Below, one piece after another: positions 35,653 to 45,216 of a stretch of DNA of 64,000 nucleotides. A program made the position numbers and the translations under genes. The first letter of the stretch is position 1. Every line of letters begins with the position of its first letter. The stretch covers positions 608,001-672,000 of the forward strand of contig CAXNJO010000002.1 in NCBI GenBank assembly GCA_964202905.1, written 5' to 3'. The notes beneath the pieces are model-generated. The model did no database searches. It was not told where the DNA came from and saw only the letters and a program-made list of their open reading frames with translations. This stretch comes from Polyangiales bacterium. GTDB taxonomy: Bacteria > Myxococcota_A > Polyangia > Polyangiales > JADJQN01.

Positions 35653-36477
35653 ATGCCCCGGAAAGTCGCCCCCAAGACCGCGTCGAAAGCGCCCGGCAAG
35701 CAGCCGAGCCCCGACGACGCGCGCGCGACGGAGGCCCCGGTGCGCGCCGAGGTCGACACGCCCGCCAGCGCGGCACCCCTTGCCAGCGCCACCCCGGCCG
35801 ACAGCGCGGTCCAATCCGACAACACTGCACAGGCCGACGAAACGGCACAGGCCGGCGGCACGACACCGCCCGCGGCGCGGCCCACCTCCGGCGCGAGCGC
35901 CGTGGCCGAGGCGCTCGTGGCCGAGCCGCAGCCCACACAGATCGCGGCCCTCGGTGTGCAGCTCGTCGATGAGCGCGCGGCGACCTCGACGCAGGCGGCG
36001 CGCGTGCTCGAAGAGGTCCTCGCCCGCAAGCCCGAGCTGCTCGTGCCGCTGATCGATCGCTTCGTGGTCGGCGTCCTCGGGCAAAACGCGCGCGTCGTGC
36101 AGACGTGCGCGGCCGCGCTCCCCCCGATGGCCCGCCTCGCACCCGCACGCGTCGCGCGGCACCTGCAATCGCTGACCGACTCCTTCCTCGCGGCGACGCC
36201 CGCGGGGCGCGATGGGCTCGTGCGCACGTTCGCGGCGCTCTGCTCGGCCTCGGTCGCGTACCAGAAGCGCCTCGAGCCCGTGCTCGATCTCGCGCTCGGG
36301 CAGGCGGACGCACGCACGCTGGTCCGCTGGACGGAGATCGTGCTCCCCGCGCTGAAGGGCGAGCCGCATGCGCGCGCCCGCGCGGTGGTCGAAGGTCGCA
36401 TCGGCGAGCTGCCGCGCCCGGTCGCCCAAAAACTCGCTGATTTTCTCGGGATCAAGCTGCGTCGCCTCGCCACCTGA
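35653..36477 (+). CDS. Hypothetical protein with helical (HEAT-like) C-terminal domain
   Basis: GGAAGGA RBS; low-complexity N-terminus and amphipathic helical repeats. Confidence 0.6.
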   Translation: MPRKVAPKTASKAPGKQPSPDDARATEAPVRAEVDTPASAAPLASATPADSAVQSDNTAQADETAQAGGTTPPAARPTSGASAVAEALVAEPQPTQIAALGVQLVDERAATSTQAARVLEEVLARKPELLVPLIDRFVVGVLGQNARVVQTCAAALPPMARLAPARVARHLQSLTDSFLAATPAGRDGLVRTFAALCSASVAYQKRLEPVLDLALGQADARTLVRWTEIVLPALKGEPHARARAVVEGRIGELPRPVAQKLADFLGIKLRRLAT

Positions 36478-36539
36478 GCGCGCCGACCGCGCGCCGGGGC
36501 CCTCGCCTGCATCGCCGCGAGCGGTTACACCCGCGGGGC

Positions 36540-37718
36540 ATGCACGCGTCGCTTTCTTCCCCGCGTTCGTCGGCGCCACGTCTCCGCCACGCGGCGCACG
36601 GCGCACTCGCGGCGCTGCTCGCCCTCACCGTCGCGGGTTGCGGCGCCGGTGCGGGGCGCGCGCGCGGGGGGGCGCGAGAGCCGCTGCCCGAGGGCTGGCC
36701 CGACACGCTGCTCGTCGCCGACGGGCGCGGCCCCGCGCTTTTTCTCGGCCCAGCGGAGGGCGCGGCCGCGATCGGCTACGTGGCCGCCGGCGTGCGCGTC
36801 CGGCTCGCGGGGGCGATCACGGGGGCGCGCGTCCCCGTTCGCATCGACGGGCCCTTCGAGGTGCGCGCGTGGCTCGCCGTGTCGCGGCTCGCGGGCCGTG
36901 TGCAGCAGCGCGGACGGCTGCGCGGGGCGCCGCTCACGCTCGGCGTGAACGAGCTCGTCGGCGTGCGCGGCGCGGACGACGAGGGCCGCATGCGCCTCGA
37001 AGCGAGTCCGCGCTTCGGCCGGACGCCCGACCCGGAGATCGGCCCATTTTCCGGCACTTTTCCGCCCTCGGCCGTGGGGCCGGACCGGATCACGGAAGCG
37101 GACGCTGACGCGGGACGTCGCGCGGACGAGGCCTCGCCGGGCGCGACCGAGGCGCGGGGGGGCAGGCGCGCACGGCTCCCCGCGGGACGCGCCGTCGAGC
37201 TCTACGATCGCCCGCGCGGCCGCGTGGTGGCGACCCTCCCGCCGCTCGCGCGCGGCCTCGGGGTCGAGGTCGCACGGCGGCGCGGCGAGTGGTCGGCGGT
37301 GCGCGTCGGCACGGGGCCCCGGCTCGTCGGCTGGTTCCACGGCGCGCTCGAGGCGCCCGACCCGAACGACGTCCCTGCGGCGCCCGCCGCAGCGCCCGTG
37401 GCGGAACGGCGAACGGGCCTCCCCCGCGCGCTCGCGCACGACGCGACGCTCCCGCTCTGGCGCGTGCGGGCACGGACGCGCGTGCGCTTCGACGGCCGCG
37501 TCGTCGCGCGCCTCGCCGATCGCGGGTGGGCGCGCGAGCTGCGGCGCACGCCCGACGGGATGGTCGACGTCTTCCTCGCGGTCGACGACGACGTGGCGCT
37601 GCGCGGGCTCGTCCGGGCGCGCGATCTCGAGCCCGTCGAGCCGGGCGCGCTGCCCTCCGAGACGGAGTCCGGCGCGACGGCGCAGCCGCCCGCCGACGCA
37701 CCGCTCGGCACACGCTGA
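36540..37718 (+). CDS. Hypothetical lipoprotein with SH3b-like beta modules
   Basis: Lipobox VAGC; repeated beta-rich segments (..RGEWSAVRV...VGW). Confidence 0.55.
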   Translation: MHASLSSPRSSAPRLRHAAHGALAALLALTVAGCGAGAGRARGGAREPLPEGWPDTLLVADGRGPALFLGPAEGAAAIGYVAAGVRVRLAGAITGARVPVRIDGPFEVRAWLAVSRLAGRVQQRGRLRGAPLTLGVNELVGVRGADDEGRMRLEASPRFGRTPDPEIGPFSGTFPPSAVGPDRITEADADAGRRADEASPGATEARGGRRARLPAGRAVELYDRPRGRVVATLPPLARGLGVEVARRRGEWSAVRVGTGPRLVGWFHGALEAPDPNDVPAAPAAAPVAERRTGLPRALAHDATLPLWRVRARTRVRFDGRVVARLADRGWARELRRTPDGMVDVFLAVDDDVALRGLVRARDLEPVEPGALPSETESGATAQPPADAPLGTR

Positions 37719-37791
37719 CGGCGCACGTCCCGCCCGCCCGGCGCGCTCCGCCGACCGACAGCGGAGACGTCGCCGTCACGGCGCCACGCGC

Positions 37792-39417
37792 TCAGCGGAA
37801 GAGCTCGGCCACCGGCACGACGCGGATGCGCTCGGCCGGGATGCCGATGCGGTACGGCACGATCTCGCGGTCTTCGGCGAGCACCGCCTCCGACGGCGGC
37901 GCCTGGTAGGTGATCGGCGAGGGCCGCTCGCTCGCGAGGGCCTCGCGCAACGCCGCGCCATCGCGCGTGACGACCGCGATCTCGAGGTGTGCGGGGTCGA
38001 GGTGCCGCGCGAGCGCGGCGTTCACGTCCGCGACGGTGAGCCGCGACCAGGCCGCCCGAATGCGTGCGAGCCACGCGTCCTCCTGCGCGTAGAAGCGGTC
38101 GTCGATCGCGAAGCCGAGGCGGCGCGAGTCGGTCTGCTCGTAGAGCCCGAGGTACTGCGACGCGAACTCGCGGATGCGCGCGAAGTCCTCGTCAGTGAGG
38201 CCGCGCGCGACGAGGTCGCGCAGCTCGCGCACGGCCATGCGGATCGCGAAGTGCGCCTTCTCGTGAGGCACCGGGCGCAGCCACATCGAGAAGTACTGCT
38301 GGCGTCGCGCGATGTTCGGGCGCGGGTACCGCGACCAGCCGTCCTGCGCGAAGTGCTCGACGTACGCGTAGTCGCCATAGTTGAGGCCGCGATCGCCGCG
38401 CATCTTCTGCATCAGGCGCCCAGCGAACTGGCGATGTTGGCCGAAGTACACGGACGCGAGCAGCAGCGCTGGGTAGTCGGGGTGCGCGCGCGTGACACCG
38501 AGCGGCATCCCCATCGACACGGCGGTCGAGGCCGCCTCGGGCTTCTCGACGATCCACACGCGCGCCTCGCGGGCCGCCGGCTCGGGCAACACCGTGCGTC
38601 CCTCGCACATCCCCTCGCCGATCGCCGCGAGACGCCCCGCGAATCCGCCGCCCGCGGTGGACGCCTGCGTGAACGGCGCACCTCCGAACCCGACCGTCGC
38701 GCGCGCCCCGCAGAAGACGCGCGCGCGTTGCGCGACGATGTCATCACGCGTGATGGCAGAGAGCCCGCGCTCGGTGCCGAGCTCCGGGTGCCCGTACGGG
38801 TGCGCCTCGTAGATCATCGCGGCGAGCGCTTCCTTGCCGAGCGCCTCGTCGTCGCTGCCGCGCAGGCCGACCGTGAGCGCGCTCTGCTGCTGCGCACGGA
38901 CGCGCGCGAGATCGGCGTCACGCAGCTGCGGGCGCGCGAGAACATCGAGCAGGAGCTCGAGGTAGCGCGCGGCGTGATCGCGGTGAACGCGCCCGACGAA
39001 GGCCGTCTGATCGCGATCGACCTGCACGTCGATCGCGGCCGCCATCGGGAAGAGCGCGGCCTCGCGCTCGGCGTAGCTGAGGTCGCCCGCTGCGCCCTCG
39101 GCCATCAGCTGCGCGGTGAGGCGCGTGAGCCCTTCGCGGCCCGGCGGATCGTCGGCGGAGCCCGCGTCGAACACGACGCGCACTTCCACGATCGGCGAGC
39201 CGGAGCGCATCTCCACCGCGCGCAGCCCCGGCAGCGCCTCGCGCTGCACCGGCGCCGACGCAGCCGACGCAGGCGCGACCGCGGGTGTCGCGACGACGCC
39301 CTGCGACGCGGCGCCACCGCATCCCGTCGCGGCGAAGAAGAGCGCGAGCGCGCAGGCCCCCGCGCCGCCCGCGCGCGACGACGAGCGCCGCGCGTCGACC
39401 ACTGAATGGCGGTTCAT
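37792..39417 (-). CDS. M16 (pitrilysin-family) peptidase, non-catalytic partner, lipoprotein
   Basis: GSADDPPG.EGL, HPYG and RL...MRGDRGLNYG; lacks HxxEH; lipobox ATGC. Confidence 0.85.
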   Translation of the reverse strand: MNRHSVVDARRSSSRAGGAGACALALFFAATGCGGAASQGVVATPAVAPASAASAPVQREALPGLRAVEMRSGSPIVEVRVVFDAGSADDPPGREGLTRLTAQLMAEGAAGDLSYAEREAALFPMAAAIDVQVDRDQTAFVGRVHRDHAARYLELLLDVLARPQLRDADLARVRAQQQSALTVGLRGSDDEALGKEALAAMIYEAHPYGHPELGTERGLSAITRDDIVAQRARVFCGARATVGFGGAPFTQASTAGGGFAGRLAAIGEGMCEGRTVLPEPAAREARVWIVEKPEAASTAVSMGMPLGVTRAHPDYPALLLASVYFGQHRQFAGRLMQKMRGDRGLNYGDYAYVEHFAQDGWSRYPRPNIARRQQYFSMWLRPVPHEKAHFAIRMAVRELRDLVARGLTDEDFARIREFASQYLGLYEQTDSRRLGFAIDDRFYAQEDAWLARIRAAWSRLTVADVNAALARHLDPAHLEIAVVTRDGAALREALASERPSPITYQAPPSEAVLAEDREIVPYRIGIPAERIRVVPVAELFR

Positions 39418-41018
39418 CGCGCACCTCCCACGGCAGCCCCGGCGGGTGCGGCCGCGCCCCGCGGTGTGAGGACCGCGACGAAGCGTCGCCCCTCGGTGAG
39501 ATAGCGGCCAGCGACCCGCGCGACGTCTTCGGGCGTCACGGCCGAGAGCGCCGCGAGGTAGTCGTCGAGGCGCGCGAGGTCGCCGCCGACCGCGATCGTG
39601 CTCGCGACGAGGTTGGCCACGTCGTCCGGCGTCTCGAGCTCGAGGATGCGTGCGTAGCGGAGGCGCGACTGCACGTCGCGGATGCGCTCGGCCGGGGTGC
39701 GCCCCGCGGCGATCCCGGCGAGCTCGGTCTGGATCGCGCCGACCAGCGCGCCGAGCGGGCTACCCGCGAGCGCGTCCCCCCCCGCCGCGACGGTCGCGGG
39801 CGCGCTCGTCTCGGGCGCGGTCGCGTCGATCACGAAGAGGCCGGGATCGCGGCTCCACGTGCTGCTCGGGTAGCTCTTCAGCTCGAGGAGTCGGCGCTCG
39901 TCGACGACCAGCCGCTGGTAGAGCGGCGACGAGGTGCTGAACGCGAGCGCGTGCACGATTTGCAACGCCGCCGCCTCACGCAGCGCCGCGGCGCGGCCCG
40001 CGACGTCGCGCGGCGCCGTGCCCGCGAGGCCGCCGTCGAACGCGGGGGTGCGGTAGCCGATCATCACACGCGGCGGGGAGGCACCGTCCCAGGGCACGGC
40101 CCGCGAGGCGCCCGCGCGCGGCTCGGGCTCGACCGGGATGCGCGGCTGATCGCGGCGCCCCCGCCATCCACCGTACTGCGCGGTGACGAGCGCGACGGCC
40201 TGGGCGTGATCGACGTCGCCCGCGACGACGATCGTCGAGGCGTCGGGCGTGTAGAAGCGACGAAAGAAGGCCTGCGAATACTCGAAATAGCCCGGCATCG
40301 CCTGCACGTCGCGGAGGTAACCGAGCGTGGTGTGTCCGTACGTGTGCCGCGTGAAGGCGAGCTCCATGAGCGTCTCTTCGAGCCGCAGATCCGGGCTCGA
40401 CGCGCTCTTGTTGTACTCGCCGAGCACGGCGCCCGTCTCGGTGCGGAACTGCGCCTCGTCGTAGCGCAGGTGCTGGAAGCGGTCGGCCTCGAGCTCGACG
40501 ACGCGCGCGAGCGCCGACGCGGGCGCGGTCACCGTGTAACAGGTGTAGTCGTTGGTCGTGTACGCGTTGTTGTCCGCGCCGAGCGACTGGATCGTGCGCT
40601 CGTAGACGTCCTCCGGGAAGCGCTCGGTCCCGCGGAACATCATGTGCTCGAACAGGTGCGCGAAACCCGAGTGACCGGGCTCGACCTCGTCGCGCGAGCC
40701 GACGCGCACGAGGGTGTAGTAGGCGAGGATCCCGGGCGTGTCGCGGCGCACGGTGACGACCGTGAGGCCGTTCGGCAGGCGCGTGATCGCGGGCGGTGCG
40801 GCGCCCCACACGGGGTGCGCGGGCTCGGGCTGCTCGTCCACGGCGCGCCCGCTCTGGGCGTGCGTGGGCGACGGCGCGAGGAGCAGCGGCGCGAGGAAGA
40901 GCGGCGCAGCGCAGAGTGGCGCAGCGAGCCGCGCGCAGACGCGGGACCACGCGCGCTGCGCGGCGCGTCGGCGGGCGTCTCGAGAAGAACACGCGGAAGG
41001 CATCGGGGTCGGGCGCAT
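39414..41018 (-). CDS. M16 (pitrilysin-family) zinc peptidase, catalytic subunit
   Basis: LPNGL, GSRDE..G.SGFAHLFEHMMFRGT (HxxEH), NAYTT.D.T and FYTP. Confidence 0.92.
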   Translation of the reverse strand: MRPTPMPSACSSRDARRRAAQRAWSRVCARLAAPLCAAPLFLAPLLLAPSPTHAQSGRAVDEQPEPAHPVWGAAPPAITRLPNGLTVVTVRRDTPGILAYYTLVRVGSRDEVEPGHSGFAHLFEHMMFRGTERFPEDVYERTIQSLGADNNAYTTNDYTCYTVTAPASALARVVELEADRFQHLRYDEAQFRTETGAVLGEYNKSASSPDLRLEETLMELAFTRHTYGHTTLGYLRDVQAMPGYFEYSQAFFRRFYTPDASTIVVAGDVDHAQAVALVTAQYGGWRGRRDQPRIPVEPEPRAGASRAVPWDGASPPRVMIGYRTPAFDGGLAGTAPRDVAGRAAALREAAALQIVHALAFSTSSPLYQRLVVDERRLLELKSYPSSTWSRDPGLFVIDATAPETSAPATVAAGGDALAGSPLGALVGAIQTELAGIAAGRTPAERIRDVQSRLRYARILELETPDDVANLVASTIAVGGDLARLDDYLAALSAVTPEDVARVAGRYLTEGRRFVAVLTPRGAAAPAGAAVGGAR

Positions 41019-41065
41019 CGGCGCCGACCGTACCAGAGCCGCGGCCGCGGCGGCGCGCAGCGCGG

Positions 41066-42735
41066 CTAGAGCGCGAGCAGCGAGGGCGCGTAGTCGTCGG
41101 GCGCCTCGAAGCCGAGCAGCGCGAGCGTGGTCGCCGCGACGTTCGCGAGGCCGGGCGCGGGCACGTCGTCGCGCAGCGCGAGCCCGGGCACGCCGGGCGC
41201 GTAGACGTGCAGCGGCACGGCGTTCAGCGAGTGCGAGGTCTTCGGCTTCGGGCGGCCCTGCGCGTCGCGCTGCGGCGCGCCGGTCTTCTTCTCGAGCTCG
41301 AACATCTCGTCGGCGTTGCCGTGATCGGCCGTGACGACGAGCGCGCCGCCGAGCCGGGCGACGACGGGGAGCAGCCGCGAGAGCTGCAGGTCCACCGCCT
41401 CGACGGCGAGGATGGACGATTCGAGCACGCCCGTGTGTCCGACCATGTCGCCGTTGGCGATAGTTGATGCGCGCCCGCGCGAAAGCGACCGGTCGACGAG
41501 CGCGTCGATCGTCGCGTCGCAGACCTCGGCCGCCTTCATCCAGGGGCGCTCGCTCGAAGGGCCGCAGTGTCGCTCGGCACCTCGACGTACGTCTCGCGCG
41601 CGGGGTCGAACGCGCCCGAGCGGTTGCCGTTCCAGAAGTACGTGACGTGCCCGAATTTCTGCGTCTCGCTGCACGGCGAACTGGGGGACGCCGGCGTGCG
41701 CGAGGTACTCGCCCGAGGTCCGCGCGATGGCCGGCGGCGAGACGAGGAAATGCCGTGGCAGCCCGAGATCGCCGTCGTACTGCATCATCCCCGCGTAGGC
41801 GACGTCGGGGCGCGCGCCCCGATCGAAATGGGGGAAATCCGCGTCCTCGAAGGCGCGCGTGATCTCGATCGCGCGATCACCGCGGAAGTTGCAGAAGACC
41901 ACCGATGAACCGTCGCGGATCGGGCCGACGGGATGACCATCTTCCATGATGACGAAGCCGGAGAGGTTCTGGTCGCCGATGCCCGGGCTCTCGTCGCGCA
42001 GCGCAGCGACGGCCTCGCCGCGCGCTCGAGAAGCCCACGCCCGCGGCCCTCGCACGTGCGTCGCGCCAGCCGCGCTCGACCATCGCCCAGTCGGCGCCGT
42101 AGCGGTCCATCGTGAGGTGCATGCGGCCGCCGCCCGACGCGATCCGGTAGTCGCGGTCGCCGCGCGCGTTCTGTTCGGCGAGCACCGCCTCGAGCGCGTC
42201 GAGGTAGCGCGGCTCGCTGATCGCGGGCACGTCGCGCCCGTCGAGCAGCGCGTGCACGCGGACGCGGCGCACGCCCTCGGCGCTCGCGCGGCGGACCATC
42301 GCGTGCAGGTGCGCGTCGTGGCTGTGCACGTTGCCGTCCGAGAGGAGGCCGAGGAAGTGCAGCGGCTCGCCGCTCTGCCGCACGCGGTCGACGAGGCGAC
42401 GCCACGCGGGGCCCTCGAAGAGCGCGCCCGTCGCGATCGCCTCGGTTGACGAGCTTCGCGCCCTGATCGAAGATGCGCCCCGCGCCGAGCGCGTTGTGCC
42501 CGACCTCGCTGTTGCCCATGTCGTCGTCGCTCGGCAGGCCGACCGCCGTGCCATGCGCGCGCAGGCGCGCCGTCGGCGCGTGCGCGGCGAGGAAGTCGAG
42601 CGTCGGCTTGCGCGCGAGCCACACGGCGTCGCCGGCGTCGCGGCGCCCGAGGCCCACCCCATCCATCACGACGACGAGCACGGGCCCGGGCACGCCCGGA
42701 AAACGCGGATGACGACGCAGGGAGAGCGGGGACAT
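41066..42735 (-). CDS. gpmI: 2,3-bisphosphoglycerate-independent phosphoglycerate mutase with multiple frameshifts
   Basis: [55 protein letters not shown] and TADHGN spread over three frames. Confidence 0.9.
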
Positions 42736-42893
42736 CCCGGCGTTCTAGCAGGGCGCCGAACACGCGCCGTGCCCGCATGCCTCACGCCCCGTGTGCCGTG
42801 CCCGTGACGAAGCTCACGGGGATCGCCCCGCGCGCCACGCCCCGAGCGAAGCGTCGCTTGTGACGCGCGCGTTGCGCGTAAGACACTGCACCG

Positions 42894-44864
42894 ATGTCCG
42901 CACCCGCTGTCGAACCTGCCCTCCGCTTCTCGGGACGCATCCTCTACCTCACGGAGGACGTGGACCTGCTGCGGCGCCAGCTCGGTGGCGAGGACCTCCC
43001 GTTCGACCCGGCGCGCAAGCTCATCGACAACATCTCCACCGACGAGATCACGCCCGGCTGGGTCTGTTTCTACTACGACGAGACGCTCGGCCGCTTCTCG
43101 CTGGTGGGCCTGCGCGGTGGGCTCTTCGGGAAGGACACGCTGAAGGCCGGCGGCTTCGACGTCATCGTGAGCGGCCTCTCGAAAGGCTGCGGCTCCTCGC
43201 GCGAGACCGCGCCGTACAGCGAGCTGGTCGCGGGCGCGAAGCTCGTGATCGCGCAGAGCATCGAGAAGATCTACGGGCAGAACTCGCAGAACATCGGCCT
43301 GCTGACGAGCACGGACTTCGGCCTGATCCCGCGGATCGTGCGCGGCGAGGCCATCCCGATGCGCGAGTTCACCGAGGGGCTCGACCGCATCAGCGCCGAC
43401 ATCGTCCGCGCGGGCGGGCTCTTCGAGTACAACAAGCTCCGGCTGCGCGGCGAGGTCGCGCCGCCCGCGATCGAGACCGGCGCGCGGCCCATGACGATGG
43501 TCGAGAAGATCATCGCCGCGCACGCGATCGTCGACGCCCGCGAGGGCCGCGTGGGCGTGCCCTTCGTGAAGCCCGGCGACGCGCTCTTCGTGCGGACGGA
43601 TGTGCGCTTCTCGCACGAGTACGTGACGCCGATGGCCGACTCGCTCTTCCGCGCGGGCTTCGGCGAGGGCGCGACGGTGAGCGAGCCCGAGTCGGTGTTC
43701 ACCTTCCGCGATCACCTCACCTACCTCGCGGACGTGATGCCCGAGGAGAAGCGGAAGATGGGCCTCCTCGAGAACGCGAACGGCCTCGCGACGACGCAGC
43801 GCGCCTTCTCCGAGCGGCACCAGCTGAAGCTCTATGGCGAGAACGAGCGCGGCGGCTCGGAGGCGATCTGCCACAACGCCGTCATCGAGGACCTCGCCCT
43901 GCCCGGCCAGGTCGTCGCCGGCACCGACTCGCACACCTGCATGGCGGGCGCGCTCGGCTGCTTCGCCTTCGGCGTGGGCAGCACGGACATGGCGAACGCG
44001 TGGTTCACGCGCGACGTGCGCGTCCGCGTGCCGGAGTCCGTGCGCTTCGTGCTCGGTGGGCGGATGCGCCCGGGCGTCGCGGCCAAGGACGTCATGCTGC
44101 ACCTGCTCGCGCAGCCGTTCTTCCGCACCAGCAAGGGCATCGGGCGCGTCCTCGAGTTCGTCGGCGAGGGCGTCCGCGCGATGCCGCTCGACGAGCGCGC
44201 GACGTTGACGAACATGGCCGTCGAGGCCGGCGGTTTCACGGGGATCCTCGAGGCGGACGACCTCGTGCTCGACTACCTCATGTCGATGCGCAGCGGCCTC
44301 GACCGCGCGCAGCTCGCCGAGCGCCTCGTGCGCAGCGACGCGGGCGCGGAATACCTCGAGACCTTCGAGGTCGATCTCGGCGCCGTCGCCCCGATGGTCG
44401 CGACGCCGGGCGACCCGCGCAATGGAGTGCCGCTCGCCGAGATCCCCGGCGACGTCGCCATCGACATCGCCTACGGCGGCTCGTGCACCGGCGGCAAGAA
44501 GGCCGACATGGACATGTACGCGGAGGTCCTCGCCGCTGCGACCGCGCGCGGCCTGCGCGTCGCGCCAGGCGTGAGCGCGTTCATCCAGTTCGGCTCGCAG
44601 GAGATCCGTCGCTACGCGGAGAAGCGCGGTTACGTCGAGATGTTCACGAAGGCGGGCGTGGAACTCATCAACCCCTCGTGCGGCGCGTGCATCAACGCCG
44701 GGCCGGGCGCATCGACGGTGAAGGAGCAGGTCACCGTCAGCGCGATCAACCGCAATTTCCCGGGGCGGAGTGGCCCGGGCAAGGTCTACCTCGCGTCGCC
44801 CTACACCGTCGCGGCGAGCGCGATCGCGGGCCGCGTCGTCGGCCCCGAGCAACTGCTCGGCTGA
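42894..44864 (+). CDS. Aconitase-family dehydratase with LeuD-like swivel domain fused N-terminal to a LeuC-like domain
   Basis: DNISTDEITP and GCGSSRETAP first, then GTDSHT, GSCTGG, CGAC and NRNFPGRSG. Confidence 0.88.
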   Translation: MSAPAVEPALRFSGRILYLTEDVDLLRRQLGGEDLPFDPARKLIDNISTDEITPGWVCFYYDETLGRFSLVGLRGGLFGKDTLKAGGFDVIVSGLSKGCGSSRETAPYSELVAGAKLVIAQSIEKIYGQNSQNIGLLTSTDFGLIPRIVRGEAIPMREFTEGLDRISADIVRAGGLFEYNKLRLRGEVAPPAIETGARPMTMVEKIIAAHAIVDAREGRVGVPFVKPGDALFVRTDVRFSHEYVTPMADSLFRAGFGEGATVSEPESVFTFRDHLTYLADVMPEEKRKMGLLENANGLATTQRAFSERHQLKLYGENERGGSEAICHNAVIEDLALPGQVVAGTDSHTCMAGALGCFAFGVGSTDMANAWFTRDVRVRVPESVRFVLGGRMRPGVAAKDVMLHLLAQPFFRTSKGIGRVLEFVGEGVRAMPLDERATLTNMAVEAGGFTGILEADDLVLDYLMSMRSGLDRAQLAERLVRSDAGAEYLETFEVDLGAVAPMVATPGDPRNGVPLAEIPGDVAIDIAYGGSCTGGKKADMDMYAEVLAAATARGLRVAPGVSAFIQFGSQEIRRYAEKRGYVEMFTKAGVELINPSCGACINAGPGASTVKEQVTVSAINRNFPGRSGPGKVYLASPYTVAASAIAGRVVGPEQLLG

Positions 44865-44923
44865 GCGCGGCGCGCGCGCACTCACGCGTTGCATTCACCG
44901 CGCGGCTCTGCTGTTCTCTCCGC

Positions 44924-45199
44924 ATGCCCCAACAGAAGGTCCTTCGTGCGGTCGTGGAGCGGCTGGAGAAGAGCGCCGTGGTGCTCGAGGTCGGCGGCCG
45001 CGAGGTGACGTTCCCGCGTGCGTCGCTGCCGACGCCACTCACCGAGGGCGACACGCTCGCCATCACCATCACGCTCGATGGTGACAGCGCCGCGCGCGAA
45101 GAAGTGGCGGCGAGCCTCGACAGCGCGACGGGCAAGGCCGGCCCGGGGCGCAAGCGCGGCAACCCGCGCACCGCGTCCGCCCGCACCAACAGGAAGTGA
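44924..45199 (+). CDS. Small DUF3006-like protein
   Basis: AVVERLEKSAVVLE....FPRASLP....EGDTL pattern; 91 aa. Confidence 0.55.
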   Translation: MPQQKVLRAVVERLEKSAVVLEVGGREVTFPRASLPTPLTEGDTLAITITLDGDSAAREEVAASLDSATGKAGPGRKRGNPRTASARTNRK

Positions 45200-45216
45200 T
45201 CCCCGGAGTGTCCGCC

